Below, one piece after another: positions 37,566 to 51,552 of a DNA stretch of 64,000 nucleotides. A program made the position numbers and the translations under genes. Within the stretch, counting starts at the first letter, position 1. Each line of letters opens with the position of its first letter. The stretch comes from Octopus sinensis (lineage: Eukaryota), in assembly GCF_006345805.1 (NCBI RefSeq), contig NC_043015.1, forward strand, positions 30,380,001 to 30,444,000. The letters are read 5' to 3'. The notes under the pieces are model-generated. The model saw only the letters and a list, made by a program, of their open reading frames with translations, was not told where the DNA came from and searched no databases.

Positions 37566-38827
37566 TTAAGTCTCGGAGTGTTTGTCTATGAAGACGTTTG
37601 TGATTCTTCATATGTATGTGTTTATATATAAGGGTATATATGTATGGATGGATGGAGTGTATCCATGTTCTGAGAATATATATATATCTTGTATTTTTGT
37701 CTATTGTATCGTGTGTGTGTGTGTGTGTGTGCGCGCCCTACACGTACGTATTCGAGTTCCGAAATAGTAGATAGATAAATAAAAATACACACATTTTCTA
37801 CAGTTTCAGAAATCAGTTTACACATTGTGGTGCAACAGTTCCCAGTTCCATCCAATTCTCACTGCCATCACCACCACCATCATAGCTACTTTTCGTTTAT
37901 CTTAACATAATATATTTATAACAAGTGCTGTCTGGCTCACTGTCAAAATAGAAACGTTATTTTTATAAAGCACTCTGTATTTTTGTATCATATAGTGTTT
38001 GAAAAATAAAATAGATGCGAATGAATGATGGATGAAGGAAGAAAGGGAAAAACAAGAGCTAAAGTGACCTAAAAAGATCTGGTCATTGAACCCCTAACAA
38101 TTAGGATACCCAGGATAAAAGCTACGAGAGATTGGATAATTCAAAAATAATATTTTTTTTTCAGGATGTTTCTACTATTCCACTGTATGTACAGGCACAC
38201 ACACAATATATTTGGTACGAGAAAGTGGTTTAAGATTGCAGCGATATATCAAAAGTTCTGTGATAAATTAGACCAAAAATACATTCTTCAGCAAAACTAT
38301 AAATAGTCTAAAACCAATATTAAGTAGTATACTCCAAGGATTTTATTTTATTTTTTTTAATATTTTGACGCAACAGTTTCAGAAATCAGCTTGCAAACTC
38401 CCAAAATACTACAACAGGTCACGTGTGCTGCTTCAGTGATAGATATAGTTTCTCTTTAAAATGAAAAAACAAGTTTGAATTTGAAATTAAAGTAGCTTTG
38501 TATTTTATGACAATCAGAAAGGTTGATTTTAAATTATTTGAAATGCGTTTATAGCTATCATTTAAGAAGTCCTTGGTGAGTGCAGCATTGTATTGGGTTT
38601 AGAATATTATTGTTTTGGGGGGCGGTTTTTTTGTGTAATTAGGCACATGACTATTGTTGTTTGATTGTAATGGAAACTAGGGGAAAAAATCCTCCCAAAA
38701 ACTAAAATGCTTCTCCAAAGGGAATCCAGTTATCCATACATGATTTGATCTCTATTAAAGACATCAGTGGTACATTTTAACACTTGTAGGATTTGAACTC
38801 AAAATGTACAAGGACATAACTAAGTAC

Positions 38828-39058
38828 TTATTTCTTTATTACCCACAAGGGGCTAAACATAGAGGGGGCAAACAAAGACAGACATAGGTATTAAGTCGAT
38901 TACATTGACCCCAGTGCGTAACTGGTACTTAATTTATCGACCCCGAAAGGATGAAAGGCAAAGTCGACCTCGGTGGAATTTGAACTCAGATCGTAACGAC
39001 AGACGAAATACGGCTACGCATTTCGCCTGGCTTGCTAATGTTTCTGCCAGCTCACCGC
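38828..39058 (-). mobile_element. SINE family C, nested in a cluster of older related copies (38720-39510)
   Basis: Full-length consensus match. Older relatives also at 34735-34880, 35755-35890, 50355-50710 and 61085-61290. Confidence 0.88.
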
Positions 39059-40244
39059 GTACTGCCAGGCAGTTTTGTCTGGCACTCTATTTATTCTGCC
39101 TTTCCGCTATCCTTAATAATCTTTTCTACTATAGGCACAAGGCCTGAAAATTTAGGGGAGAGGGCTAGTTGATTTCATCAACCCTAGGACTCAACTTGTG
39201 CTTTTATCCACAAAAAGATAAAAAGCAAAGGCAACGTCAGCAACATTTGAACTCAGAGTGTAAAGACGGATGAATGCCATTAAGCATTTTGTCTGGCATG
39301 TTAACGATTCTGCCAGTTCCAGTTTTGGCACAAAGCCAGCAGTTTTGTTGGTAGGAGATTGATTAGTCGGTTACATCTACTCCGGTACTTGACTAGTACT
39401 GTATTTTATCCACCCTTGAAAGGATTGAAAAGTAGTCAACCTCAGCCAAATTTGAATTCAAAGTGTTAAAAGCCAGAACAAATATTGCAAGGCATTTTAT
39501 CAAATGCTTTAATGATAATAAATTTGCTTTCTTTTATTGGACCCACAAGGGTTCAAGGGATATGGGACAATACAACCAAAATACAAATGGAAATAACAAA
39601 TAATAAACGGTAAAATGTTTACATTGAGTAAAAGGGTGAGATCAACATTAACAATAAACACACATTAATCAATAGATAATAATAATAAGAAATCACAATA
39701 ACAACATAGAACAAAATAAGGGCCAGGAAGGATTTTCCAAATAGGTTGGGGCAACTACCTTAGGGGATAACAAGGTACCCTACACACTGTCTCTGACAAG
39801 TGCTTTCCCTCAGTTCTTGTCACTAGGTTACAACTACACAATGTGATTTCATTAAGCGATGCTACATCATCATCATCATCATCATCGTTTGACGTCCACT
39901 TTCCATGTTCGCATGGGTTGGACAGTTTGACTTGGGACTGGCAAGACAAAAGGTTGCACCAGGTTCCAATATGATCTGGCAAGGTTTCTACAGCTGGATG
40001 CCCTTCCTAACACCAATCACTCTGAGAGTGTAGTGAGTGATTTTTACATGCCACTGGCATAAGGGCCAGTCAGGCAGTACTAACACTCAATTTAGTAAAA
40101 GAACTTGCTTCTCAAGATACCAAAGATTTCTTATCAAATATGTGATTTCTTTAAAAAAGAAGTAATTTTCTTAAATGCATACAATTCTATTTGGTTCTGT
40201 GTCAATTTATTAATTCTGTATTTCTTTCTCTTTTCAGCACCTAA

Positions 40245-40464
40245 ATGTTTATTGTCACCTTAAAGACTTCTTCCATGATGCAAGAAGATACCGGTGGAAG
40301 GAAATGGGCCGTTATGGTCTCAGCCTTCTTCGTCCAGTTTATCATTTGTGGCATTACCTACAGTATGGGAATATTCCATGTGGTCTTCCGACACATCTTT
40401 GCAGGATCCCACTTTGATACATCATGGATTTCTGCACTTTTACTTCATGTCACTGTTATTTCAA
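40245..40464 (+). CDS. SLC16/MCT-family MFS transporter, first visible coding exon (TM1-TM2)
   Basis: Polypyrimidine acceptor tttctttctcttttcag ends at 40237. ATG at 40245 (alternative ATG at 40275). Translates MFIVTLKTSSMMQEDTGGRKWAVMVSAFFVQFIICGITYSMGIFHVVFRHIFAGSHFDTSWISALLLHVTVIS, a degenerate (P)DGGWGW...F...G...S.G.F MCT N-terminal motif. Donor A|gtcagt at 40465, phase 1. Confidence 0.88.
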
Positions 40465-40862
40465 GTCAGTATTTTCTTCCTTCTTTATACTCACCTTTAA
40501 CAGAGAGAGGGAGAGTGTGTGTGTGTGTGGTGTGTGTGTGTGTAAAACTTATGTTCACAATGAAAAACAAATATTGAACAAATGAAAATATTTGCATACA
40601 CACATGTATCTATACATTCACGCATACATATATAGTATTATATTAGTAGTATACTGTTGTGTGTGTGTGTATAATGTATGTATGTACCTTGCTTGCAAAT
40701 AAGTGAGGGCTGACAACCAGAAGGGCATTCAATAATAGAAAATCTATTTGACTAAATTCTAACCCATGCAAGCAAGCATAGATAGATTGGTATTAAAACA
40801 ATGATGATGATGACGTGTGTCACAGTATTACATTGATAATGTATGTGTATATATATATATAG

Positions 40863-40937
<75 letters not shown>

Positions 40938-40941
<4 letters not shown>

Positions 40942-41248
40942 AGTGATCACCGTGACCGACCAGGCTATCAGATGTTGCTACACATCATTGGTCACAATGC
41001 GCTTCGCATTGTTTTAGCCTTCAAATGTCGCCACCCCGCTGGCTAGGTGAACAGGCCAACAGATGAAAGAGTGAGAGAAAGTTGTGGCGAAAGAGTACAG
41101 CAGGGATTGCCACCACCTGCTGCCGGAGCCTCGTGGAGCTTTAGGTGTTTTCGCTCAATAAACACTCACAATGCCCGGTCTGGGAATTGAAACCGCGATC
41201 CTACGACCACAAGTCCGCTGCCCTAACCATTGGGCCATTGCGCCTCCA
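40938..41248 (-). mobile_element. tRNA-derived SINE family E variant inserted in (TA)n
   Basis: Head and middle are shared with 62149-62462 (ggaggcgcaatggccc..tggttag, aaaacacctaa.gctcca.g.ggctccggcag). The 3' part is different. Confidence 0.82.
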
Positions 41249-42411
41249 TATATATATATATGGTTACAAGTATGACTATATGCTTAAAAAGTTTGCTTTG
41301 CACTCATGATGCCATGTGTTTAGTCCCCACAGTGTATTAGGGGCAAGTGCTTTTTGTCATAGCCTCAGATCACCCTGAGCCTTATAAGTAAAATTGGATA
41401 ATCAGAAACCGTACCTCCCTGGTGACTGTATCTGTAACTCATTAAGCTAGCTTCGTTGCACAGTATCACACTGATTCTGCATTAGGATTATGCAAAATGA
41501 TACACATATCTGTGGAATACCCAGCCACTTACACTATATTTCAATGAACAGGTGGTTTCATTGCTCAATCAACTGGAATACTCCTCACCAAACCAGAAAG
41601 ATCTTTTTGCTTTTCACTTTTATTGTACATAACTCAACGTTCTGATGAGTATAAAGAAAACACCTGACCATCCTGCTGGTTTTGATTTTATCAAATAAAA
41701 AAAATCATTTGCGTACAACAAATAATATGTATCGAGTATTTTCCATTCAATAGATACTGGTTCTGTTTCCCATTCAATAGAGGCTGCTTCTGTTTTCACC
41801 ATGTGTATGTGTATCACATATTAGTATTATATATGCTCACCCATATAAGCAGTATTATATTTGAGTTTATTTTTTCATAGCAAGATCTACATAAAATGTT
41901 TGAACCAATATTTAACATATCTCTGTATGTTAAGCATCCATGCACTGCTTTTCCTCTCTCGTTGTATAATAGATATGGATTGGTGATTGTTTGTTGATTA
42001 CAAACCAGGGAGAAATAGTCAATACACTGTGTATACATTAGAAGCTAAAACTTGAATTGTAACTCTAAGCTTATGAAAATATAATGTGTGCTTCTGTTTG
42101 TTTTTGTCTGTTTGTCTATATATAATCACTGTAGGTGCAGTGGATTAAATGATTAAGAATGTTTGCTTACCTATCACGGGGCACCAGGTTCAATCCTACT
42201 TTGGTTCAATCCCATTTTGGACAAGTGTCAGTTTCCTAAGCCTCAAGTTGATCCATACCTCATGAATGAAATTTGGTAGACAGAAATTGTATGGAAGCCT
42301 GTCAGATGGTTTGTACCTGTAATTCAATGGGCCAACCTTATCATACACTGTCACATTGATACTGCTTGAGAATTATATTAAGGGTACACATGTTTGTGGG
42401 ATACTCAGCTA

Positions 42412-42750
42412 CATCATCATCATCATCATTTAACGTCCGTTTTCCATGCTAGCATGGGTTGGACGGTTTTGACTGAGGGCTGGCAACCAGATGGCTGCAC
42501 CAGGCTCCAGTCTTGATCTGGCAGAGTTTCTACAGCTGGATGCCCTTCCTAACGCCAACCACTCCGAGAGTGTAGTGGGTGCTTTTTACGTGCCACCTGC
42601 ACGGGGGCCAGTCAGGCGGTACTGGCAATGACCACGCTCGAATCTTTTTACACATGCCCACCGGCGCAGGTGGCAGTGAGGCGATGTTAGTAACGATCAC
42701 ACTCGAATGGTGCCCTTTTACATGCCATGGGTACGAAAGCCAGTTGGCTG
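42412..42750 (-). mobile_element. Retroposon family B, antisense copy with internal tandem subrepeats
   Basis: Starts with (CAT)n and matches the reverse complement of the family B consensus. Other - copies: 39865-40085, 52122-52269, 52941-53060, 63845-63970. Confidence 0.88.
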
Positions 42751-43072
42751 ATGTTAATTCAGTGAGTCTCGTAGTTCAGGTGATTGACCAACTGCAAACT
42801 TACAGCTGAAAATTCTGACCAAGATCCATTTATTTTATTTTATACGTAATCACTAACTTTCTATATACTTAAGCTCTTCATGCCCTACGGACCGTAGGCC
42901 ATCAATGACTTTTTCTCCTCTGTTCTTGATTCTGGGTCATCCTCTCCCAGGTTATATTGGTTTTGAATTGTTATTCATGCATCTGTAATTTTGCTTTTTT
43001 TCATTTTTTCCATCCAGAGATACTACAACAATGACACAAACAAATAAAATGTCTTTTTCCTTTTTGTTTCAG

Positions 43073-43216
43073 GTGTCCTTTTCCGATTTGTGACGGCCAA
43101 GTTTGGCAGTCGCGTCAGTGTGATGTTGGGCGGCCTCTTATCTTCTATTGGCCTTGCACTTGGAGTCTGTATTACAGAACTCTATGAAATCTACCTTTGC
43201 ATGGGTGTCCTTACAG
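43073..43216 (+). CDS. SLC16/MCT-family transporter, coding exon 2 (144 nt; TM2-TM4)
   Basis: Acceptor tttttgtttcag (43072), donor G|gtaacc (43217). In frame with exon 1: (S)VLFRFVTAKFGSRVSVMLGGLLSSIGLALGVCITELYEIYLCMGVLTG, matching the MCT KFGSR...GGLL...G...LY...GV..G pattern. Not in the ORF track. Confidence 0.92.
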
Positions 43217-43403
43217 GTAACCAAGCTTATTTCTTCTCCGTTTTACTTATCTACTTCTGAATTTTAGGTTTTACTAATTCCAACAACCCAACTGCTTCTC
43301 CATCCAACCAGTGTGAAGCCTTTATATGGTCTTTTAACCTGCTAGTAATAGTTACTAAGTTTTCCTCAAATCACAGCATATCATCTTGAGAAATGAAATG
43401 ATA

Positions 43404-44170
43404 CAACTGAAACTGGCTGTGGACAAGTGTACCACCATGCATTTTGGGAGAAAAAACCCTGCATCCACATACTCCCTCCACAACACTGATATCAAGAAAT
43501 CCTCTTGCGAGCCTGACCTAGGCATCACTGTCAGCAGTGATTTGCGTTGGACAAAGCATATCTCTAAAATTGTCAAGAAGGCCGAGGGTGTCTTGGCATC
43601 ACTCAGCAAGACTTTTGTTAGCCGCTCTCCAGCCATCTATTTAAAACTGTATACAGCTATGGTACGACCACACTTGGAATTCGCATCATCAGTTTGGAAC
43701 CCCTATCTTGCTCAGAACATTGACCTCCTGGAATCTGTTCAGAGACGTGCAACCAAACGCATACCCTCCATCAGACACCTACCATATTCTGAGCGCCTTG
43801 TTTCCCTGGGCATGGATTCACTGAAGCTCCGGCATCTGGCGACGGACTTGGTAAACACCCACAAGGTTATCAACCACCTCACCAACAACAACACTGAACA
43901 CCTTTTTGATCTCCATGTGTCTAACACACGTGGACATGCCTACAAAGTCAGAAAACAACACAGCTCCCATGACTTTCGGAAACATTTCTTCACACTCAGA
44001 GTTGCTGAAGCATGGAACAAACTGCCTGCGTCAGTTGTTGACTGCCATGACACTGCATCCTTTAAGGCCCTCATGTTTTCCGAAATCCGTCGAAACTACA
44101 CCTGATTATATATACACTTTCGATGAGTTGTAGTGCACCTGAGCACTGTACACAATGTTTATTATTATTA
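43404..44170 (+). mobile_element. 5'-truncated CR1-group LINE (ORF2 C-terminus plus 3'UTR with (ATT)n tail)
   Basis: ORF 43386-44105 contains KCTTMHFG, DLGITVS.DL.W..HI, LY.AMVRPHLEFASSVWNPY, LE.VQRRATK, YSERL, TRGH.YK and FF.LRV..AWNKLP, the canonical CR1 post-RT motifs. Confidence 0.92.
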
Positions 44171-44871
44171 TATAGTCCTAGGTATGTATACTCTTCCTGG
44201 AAAAAAAATGGGATGGACATGGTTAGTTTGTCTTTGATCATAGGTTGGTTCAGTCATGGCTGATGCTAGGGACCAAACATCGTCAACCTAACATCTGTGT
44301 GGTCATTCAACCTACAAGAAATAGGAGCCAAAATCACCTTCAAACCACTCACTACATTGAATAATGTAATCTTAGGTACACTATGCCTGAAAGCAAAAAA
44401 TGAGATGGTCATAGCAGGATTGCCTTTGATCATATATCCACTTGATCAGGGTTACCTCTACCACTCCTGTCGTTTGACATCTCTGTCATCTGCAGCAGCA
44501 GGAATTGCTAAATAACATTTGTTGTCTCATGTTAATATGGGTTTGATAAGTCTGCAATGATAAGGAGTACTCATTTTTCTTGCACCATTTCATCTAGGAA
44601 ATTAGAAGTTTCTACAATTCTTATCTTAGCTATTCTATCCCAAATCTTGCTTGATCCACATCAGCCCTGTTGATCCCCTTGGATCATACTTAGTTAATGT
44701 ACCAAGGTCTGCTCCCTTCTGTACCCAGTTATCTTGTGTTACAACCTCTCTCATCTTTATCCAGATACTTTGTAACATCTATTTCTTCAATCTTCCGCTA
44801 ATCTAGCTGACCTCTCATGTCATCGCATAAGAGTTCTTCACAACAGTTTTTGTTTTTATCAGCTATTATAT

Positions 44872-45191
44872 ATCTACACTAGCTCTATGACTCGGCAATG
44901 TGTATCAAGTTTCGGCATTTTGATTGGGTTTTTGGATAGAAAATTGGTGTATCAAGTTTCGGGCATTTTGATTGGGTTTTTGGATAGAAAATTCAGAAAA
45001 AAGTTACTTCTATTGATTTTTTAATGGCTTTGCGGCGTAACTGGGGAAATGTAAGGATGTGCACAACCACCCTTGGACGGTTTTGAATGACCATAGAAAG
45101 TGCGAGCCCTCTAACTGAAAAATTGTGGATTTGTATAAAGGATACACACACACACACAGACAGACATTTTGCCGTTTATATATATAGAGAT
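44872..45191 (-). mobile_element. Non-autonomous Helitron/Helentron-like element with a ~45-bp internal tandem duplication
   Basis: actagct at one end and (CA)n-acagacagac...tatatatagagat at the other. tgtatcaagtttcggcattttgattgggtttttggatagaaaatt is repeated at 44901 and 44948. Confidence 0.5.
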
Positions 45192-45749
45192 GCTACTTTA
45201 ACCATCCTAAACAACATTGGTTCTGTAAGCGGTACCCCCATGGGGTAAACCTCTACGTTTGCAGCTCACTTTGCTTCCAGCCCCAAACTACATTCCTTTG
45301 GCCACTCCTTTTGACTCCTCACCCTACTTATACATACACACGCCTCTCTTCACCTGATCCACTGTCCATATCCTATACTTACCTTGTACATTGAAGGTTT
45401 TCTCTAGCACTCCTTAACTACCATCTAATCTTTCTCCCAGCTACTTCCACTCAATGCACAGTGTTTGAGAAAAGAATATAGTGTACAGATGTATGGTTAC
45501 ATCAGGTGGGGTTTCACACTATTATACAGGAGCATGCTCGACTACCTTCGAGGCAAGATTAGGTCCATCCCCTTTAAAGATAGACAGAAAATAAATAGTA
45601 CGAGTTTAAGTAGGTTTATTTAGTCTCTAAAGGATAGAAAAACTAATTTTGATATATAATGGGAAATTATAGGTGGGGACAGAGCTGTACGTAAGAAATG
45701 CAATTTATGACTGGAAGTAATATTCTATAGTTTCACATCTAAATACCAG

Positions 45750-46175
45750 TTACTCTTTACTCTCTTTTTACTCTTTTACTTGTTTCAGTCATTTGACTGC
45801 AGCCATGCTGGAGCACCGCCTTTAGTCAAGCAACTTGACCCCGGGACTTATTCTTTGTAAGCCCAGTACTTATTCTATCGGTCTCTTTTTGCCAAACTGC
45901 TAAGTGACGGGGACGTAAACACACCAGCATTGGTTGTCAAGCAATGCTAGGGGGACAAACACAGACACACAAACATATACACACGCATACATATATATAT
46001 ATACATATATACGACAGGCTTCTTTCAGTTTCTGTCTCCCAAATCCACTCACAAGGCATTGGTCAGCCCGGGGCTATAGCAGAAGACACTTGGCCCAAGA
46101 TGCCACGCAGTGGGACTGAACTCGGAACCATGTGGTTGGTTAGCAAGCTACTTACCACACAGCCACTCCTGCGCC
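45750..46175 (-). mobile_element. SINE family A
   Basis: Consensus match over the full length. Confidence 0.9.
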
Positions 46176-46892
46176 TGTTATTAAATAATGAACAGGCATT
46201 AGCTCTGAAACATGCTCTCCTTCAGAGAAAAGCATTCAAATATTTCCCTAGAAAAGATTTTTAGTTAAGTGTCATGTAGATTGAAGGTGCTAGAGTTTAC
46301 ATAGACAATATTAATGCAGTATCTTGTTTGCTTTATACAAGTAGTAATTCTTCTCCAACTAATTAGTATTCTTCGTATGTAACACATCACATATGGAATA
46401 AGTTATTCTATATCTAGGAGGATGTTATCTACTCATAGATTTAGGGTTGATTTGTACAGCTAGAAATTCAGATTTCACAATATGTGGAAGTATTTTCCCA
46501 TATTGTGTATTATATAAAACCCTGGCCTTAAAAGTAAATTCTGCAAATCTTATATTTCTAAATTATATTTGACTAAGTGACACTTAATTGTATACATCTA
46601 TCACTGAAATTTATTCCTATTCACCTGGCTTAAAGCTAGTGGATGAAATATATTCTGACCTAGTTTAAGATCTAGCATTCAGGATTTGAGGTCCAAATCT
46701 TGGTGTCATTCTAGGGTCAATCTGATAACAGATTTTATAGCCATTTTCAGGTTTTTAACTATTCCTCTCTTATTCTTTGCATTCAAATGTTTAGGGGGGC
46801 CCCTACTAATATGCAATACTGTCTAAACCATCATACTTCAGTTCACTTCAAACAAAGGAAAGCAACAACACCTTCAATGAAGCTGCATAGAC

Positions 46893-47208
46893 TGCTATAG
46901 CCCCGGGTCGACCAATGCCTTGTGAGTGGATTTGGTAGACGGAAACTGAAAGAAGCCTGTCGTATATATGTATATATATATATATGCGTGTGTTTGTATG
47001 TCTGTGTTTGTTCCCCTAGCATCGCTTGACAACCAATGCTGGTGTGTTCACGTCCCCGTCACTTAGCAGTTCGGCAAAAAGAGAACCGATAGAATAAGTA
47101 CTGGGCTTACAAAGAATATGTCCCGGAGTCAATTTGCTCGACTAAAGGCGGTGCTCCAGCATGGCCGCAGTCAAATGACTGAAACAAGTAAAAGAGTAAA
47201 AAGAGAGA
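46893..47208 (+). mobile_element. SINE family A, 5'-truncated
   Basis: Begins at ctgctatagccccggg and runs to the gtaaaagag tail. Confidence 0.88.
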
Positions 47209-47347
47209 CTCTTAACCAGACGAACAAATTCAATACGATAGTACTAGGCTGGCTAATCCTTATTGTTCAAAGCAGTTAGCCATAACTTGGATTATACAAG
47301 AGTGCTGAAACGGTACCTGCTTGGATATATTATCCCCATCTATTCAC

Positions 47348-47381
<34 letters not shown>

Positions 47382-47807
47382 CACATGTGTACATACATAC
47401 ACACAATCACCATCATCGTAATGTCTGGATATTTTCATGCTGTCATGGCCTAGATGTGTCATATGACACTTAGTTGTAATCTTTGTTTGTCATCCCCTCT
47501 GTAAGTTTGTAATACCCTCAGATCTGACCCACCATTTACCATCTATTATGCATCACATGTTCATGCCACAATAATCATCACCTTCATAGCTGCACAAACA
47601 GGGTGGGTTTTTCTTTTGTCTTTTGTTAAATTTTTTATCTTGTTTTTTTTTTTGTTTTTTTTATTATTTTTTTTACATATCTGGGAACCCTAATTATAGT
47701 TGGTTTAAAGTTTGAGTGGGGAATCTGTTAGCTATTGTTTGTCAGGAATGTAAGAATCCAAAGACTTGGTATCTGGCATGTGACAGCATTTCTACTACTG
47801 ATGGTGG

Positions 47808-47839
47808 TGATAATAATGATATTAATAATAATAATAATG

Positions 47840-47891
<52 letters not shown>

Positions 47892-47934
47892 TAATAAAGA
47901 TAATGATAATAATAATAATAATAATAATGATAAT
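47808..47934. repeat. (AAT)n trinucleotide microsatellite
   Basis: Directly visible; source of the poly-N and poly-I ORFs. Confidence 0.97.
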
Positions 47935-50820
47935 TCTTTCTTTATTGGCTACAAAGGCTCGTACATACAATTCAAAATGTGCCATACAAAACCAGTTAAT
48001 AAAACATAAAGAGGGATCTACTCATAACAAATGGGGCACAAGAGCAATTAATAATACAATATATTAAAATATGCTAAAAATTTTGACACAGATGGGGTCA
48101 GAAGTGTCTGTGTTTGTGTGTATTTGTAGTTGTGTCTGTCTACCTCCATCACTTGATAAACTGGTGTTAGTTTGTTTATGTCCCTTTAACAGCTCAGCCG
48201 AAGAGGGCAAAATAATGAGTACCAGACTTGAAAAAAGAAAATTTGTTCAACCCAACCTTTCAAGATAGTGCCCCAGCTTGGCCAGTCCAGTGACTGAAAC
48301 AAGTAAAAAAACAAAAGGTGAATGAAATGAAAATAAAGGGAAGCCATTAAATACATGGGTGAGAACCCCATCAAAGTAGGGCCAGGACACTCCATGACTC
48401 GTATCACATTCCATTTCAATCACTTCCAGAAAGTGCGTTCTCCAAAATTGCTCCCCAACAAATTTGGCTGCATCAAAGCTGTAAAGAGACCCCACATCGT
48501 CTGAGCTGAGATTCATCAAGTGGTGATACACCCTTGACATTGTCTTTGAGTCTGTCATCAATCCTAGGACTCATAAGGGCAGATCTTCACCCAGTTTCCA
48601 TCGGTGTATGTGGGATTGAGATTACAGAGCCTTCTCCTGGACAGGGCACTGGTTCGTCACAAGGTTAAAATCCCAGCTGTTGCTGGATCTCATTTTTGTG
48701 GAGGGAACTGGAGCAACATGAAATGAAGTGTTGTGTGCAAGAGCATAGCACATTTGAAACCAGTATTAATTTCTCACATCATTCAAGAACTTTTCATGGC
48801 TTAGTGTTAGCAAGGGTATCCAATCGTAGAAACCATGCCAAAGATGACTTTGGGGTTCAATGCAGCCCTGTTGAATCCTGTCAAATTGTCCTACCCATGC
48901 CAGCATGGAAAGTGGACATTAAATGACAATGATGAATAGATATTGTTACAAAGGCAGGACTATGTGGTTAAGAACTTCACTTTCCAAGTTCACTCCTACT
49001 GTGTGGTACTTTGGGTAAGTATTTTCTGCTATACTGATCCAGGCTGACCATATCCTTAGGAATGGATTTTTTCCTAGATGGAAACTGAAAGAAGCCTGTC
49101 TTGTGTATGCAAATGTTTGTGTCACCTTGTTGTGACATCATTCAATTGTTGTAAACAAGCATCACTCATATTAGTAGTGTCTTTTATCCTTTGTGAAACC
49201 ACATCCAACCATGGAGAAATATTTGCTTGGAAATGGGCAAAGGTTGGTGACAGGAAGGGCATTTGACCCTAGAAAAATGTACCGCAATAAGTTCGCTACC
49301 GCAGTAATACAATTTTATTTTGTTATATATTGTAATACCTGACTCACACATACACACAGCTATTTTCTTCAACATGTAATATCATTTGACTTGTCCTAAA
49401 TCAAGAACTGACTATTACTTATGTCTTTAATTTGATCTTTCAGTAAGGATAGGTCAATAACAAGTGCTGAGTATTTTGTTCTCTGCAGCTTCAAATCAGC
49501 TGAAACTGATGATGTTGAAAATTCTTTTATTAATAAGTTTTCATAAATGACTGATGCTATGAATATTTGCATGACAAACTATGAACACTGCTAATTGAAG
49601 TCTTAATTATTATTTTTCTGTTGGAAAAAAAACTGCATAGTTTTTAGTAAATCTCGGTTTATTACTGCACTATTTTAATTTTTAGCTGACAAACCAGCTA
49701 AATTGTTAAATTGATTCTAATTGCAGAAAGCTTTATTGTTTTCGTGTTTTACTTCTCGCTTCCAATTTGAAAATTGTCGATCTGTTAAACAATATAAAAT
49801 TTCAGTACTTAAACATTGAAATTTTACACTGAATTTATATTGAAAATATTTTTAAAATATTCATGCAAATGTATAATGATTGGTTGCTTGAACAATTTCT
49901 TCAGATCATGTAATGTAACTGATAATGCTTTGGCTGCTATTATATAATACAATCAGCAATAAATGATCAATAATGCAATAAATTCTAGTGGGAAGTAAAA
50001 AGTTTGTGGAATTCCTCTTTATTGGTTTTTCTCAATTTATGCATTACTTTTCAGAACTGTAATTGGTTAATTACCATATCAAGTCATTTAATTCTATACC
50101 AATTATAAATGCATCCGTGATTTGTTTTTCTAAAATTGTTCATTCGTAATATAATATGAAGTAAAGTATTTAAGAATATGGCAAAGTAAAATACATTTTA
50201 TGCAACCCTGATTAAAAGAAAATAATATTATGGTGCAGTCTTGGAAAATTGCATAATCCACTACTTGGGCCCAGCGCAATCTCGTAACCTTGGCTGTAAA
50301 CTTTGTTGAAGGTGATGACAACAATAATAATAATAATAATAGTAAATTCAAATTTTGGCACAAGGCCAGCAATTGATTACATTGACCCCAGTGGTCAACT
50401 GGTACTTATTTTATCAACCCCCAAAGGGGATGAAAAACAAAGCCAACGTTGACAGAATTTGAACTCAGAATGTAAAATCAAAGGAAATGCTACTAAGCAC
50501 CCTAACATTGATTTCAGATTTTGACACAAGGCCAGTAATTTCTGGGGAGAGGGTAAGTTGATTATATCAACCTCATTGCTCAGCCAGTATTTATTTTATT
50601 GACCCCCAAAAAGATGACAAGCATTTGACCTCAGCGGAATTTGAACTCAGAATGTAAAGACAGAGGAAATGCCTCTAAGCATTCTAGCAACTCTGCCAGG
50701 TCACCCCCTTCATCTGTAGCCCTAATTATAATATTGGTAATGATAACGATGACAATAATAATGAATTGCTTTTTCCTCTTTCTGTCTTACTAGTACCTCT
50801 CTCTTTTTGTTCTCCTCTAG

Positions 50821-51552
50821 GCATCGGTTTTGGCATCGCCTGCTCACCATCAATTGTCGCTGTTGAACAGTATTTCCACCGTTGCCGCTACCAGGCACTC
50901 AGCACAGTTCTCGCAGGAATTGGTTGTGGAATTATCGTCTTCCCCAATTTTATACGCTACTTACTGGAGATATACGCATGGAGAGGGACCTTACTTTTGT
51001 TGTCTGCAATTACACTGAATCTCTGTGTATGCGGAGCAGTGATGAAACCTCTCAAGTATGAGAAGGAAGTCCAGCTGCTACCGCTATTGTCATGCATGCC
51101 ACTACGCAACCCACTTTTCTACGCAATGTGTATTGGTAACTTCTTCTGGAGTTTCGGCTCCACCATCATATACATTTTCCTCCCTTCCTATGCCCTCAGT
51201 ATGGGCACTGACTTTATTACAGCAACATTCCTGGTCTCTTGTATTGGCATGGCCAGCTTCACAAGTCGCGTTATCTTTGCATTCATGGGACATAACTCAA
51301 CACTGGACGATGTCACTGCCATCTTGTGTTCAGTTGGACTTGGAGCTGTTATAACCGGCACCTGTCCGTTGTTATTTAAACATTACTCGGGCCAGATAAG
51401 CTATACACTGCTTTTCGGCTTCTACAGTGGTTTTTGGACCACATTTATGTCACAAGTGACCAGAGAGTTACTCGGACCGCATTATATTGCAATTGGCAAT
51501 GGCTATTTGTCTTTCATGATTGCTCTCGGGTCACTAGGAGCTCCCTGTGCTG
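50821..51552 (+). CDS. SLC16/MCT-family transporter, coding exon 3 (732 nt; TM4-TM11)
   Basis: Acceptor ctctttttgttctcctctag (50820), donor G|gtaagt (51553). Lies within ORF 50766-51659: GIGFGIACSPSIVAVEQYFHRCRYQAL...YAWRGTLLLLSAITLNLCVCGAVMKP...LPSYA...SRV...ELLG...GAPCA. Contains the MCT YFxxxR and WRG...LN.CVCGA.M.P motifs. Confidence 0.95.

Noticed and set aside
43386-44105. 239-aa ORF as a host gene or MCT exon
   Set aside because: It is a CR1 LINE ORF2 C-terminal fragment with its own 3' tail.
46180-46890. Possible antisense LINE RT remnant
   Set aside because: The composition is suggestive, but no unambiguous RT motif could be read.
47716-48067. Poly-Asn and poly-Ile ORFs
   Set aside because: These are translations of an (AAT)n microsatellite, with no splice or domain support.
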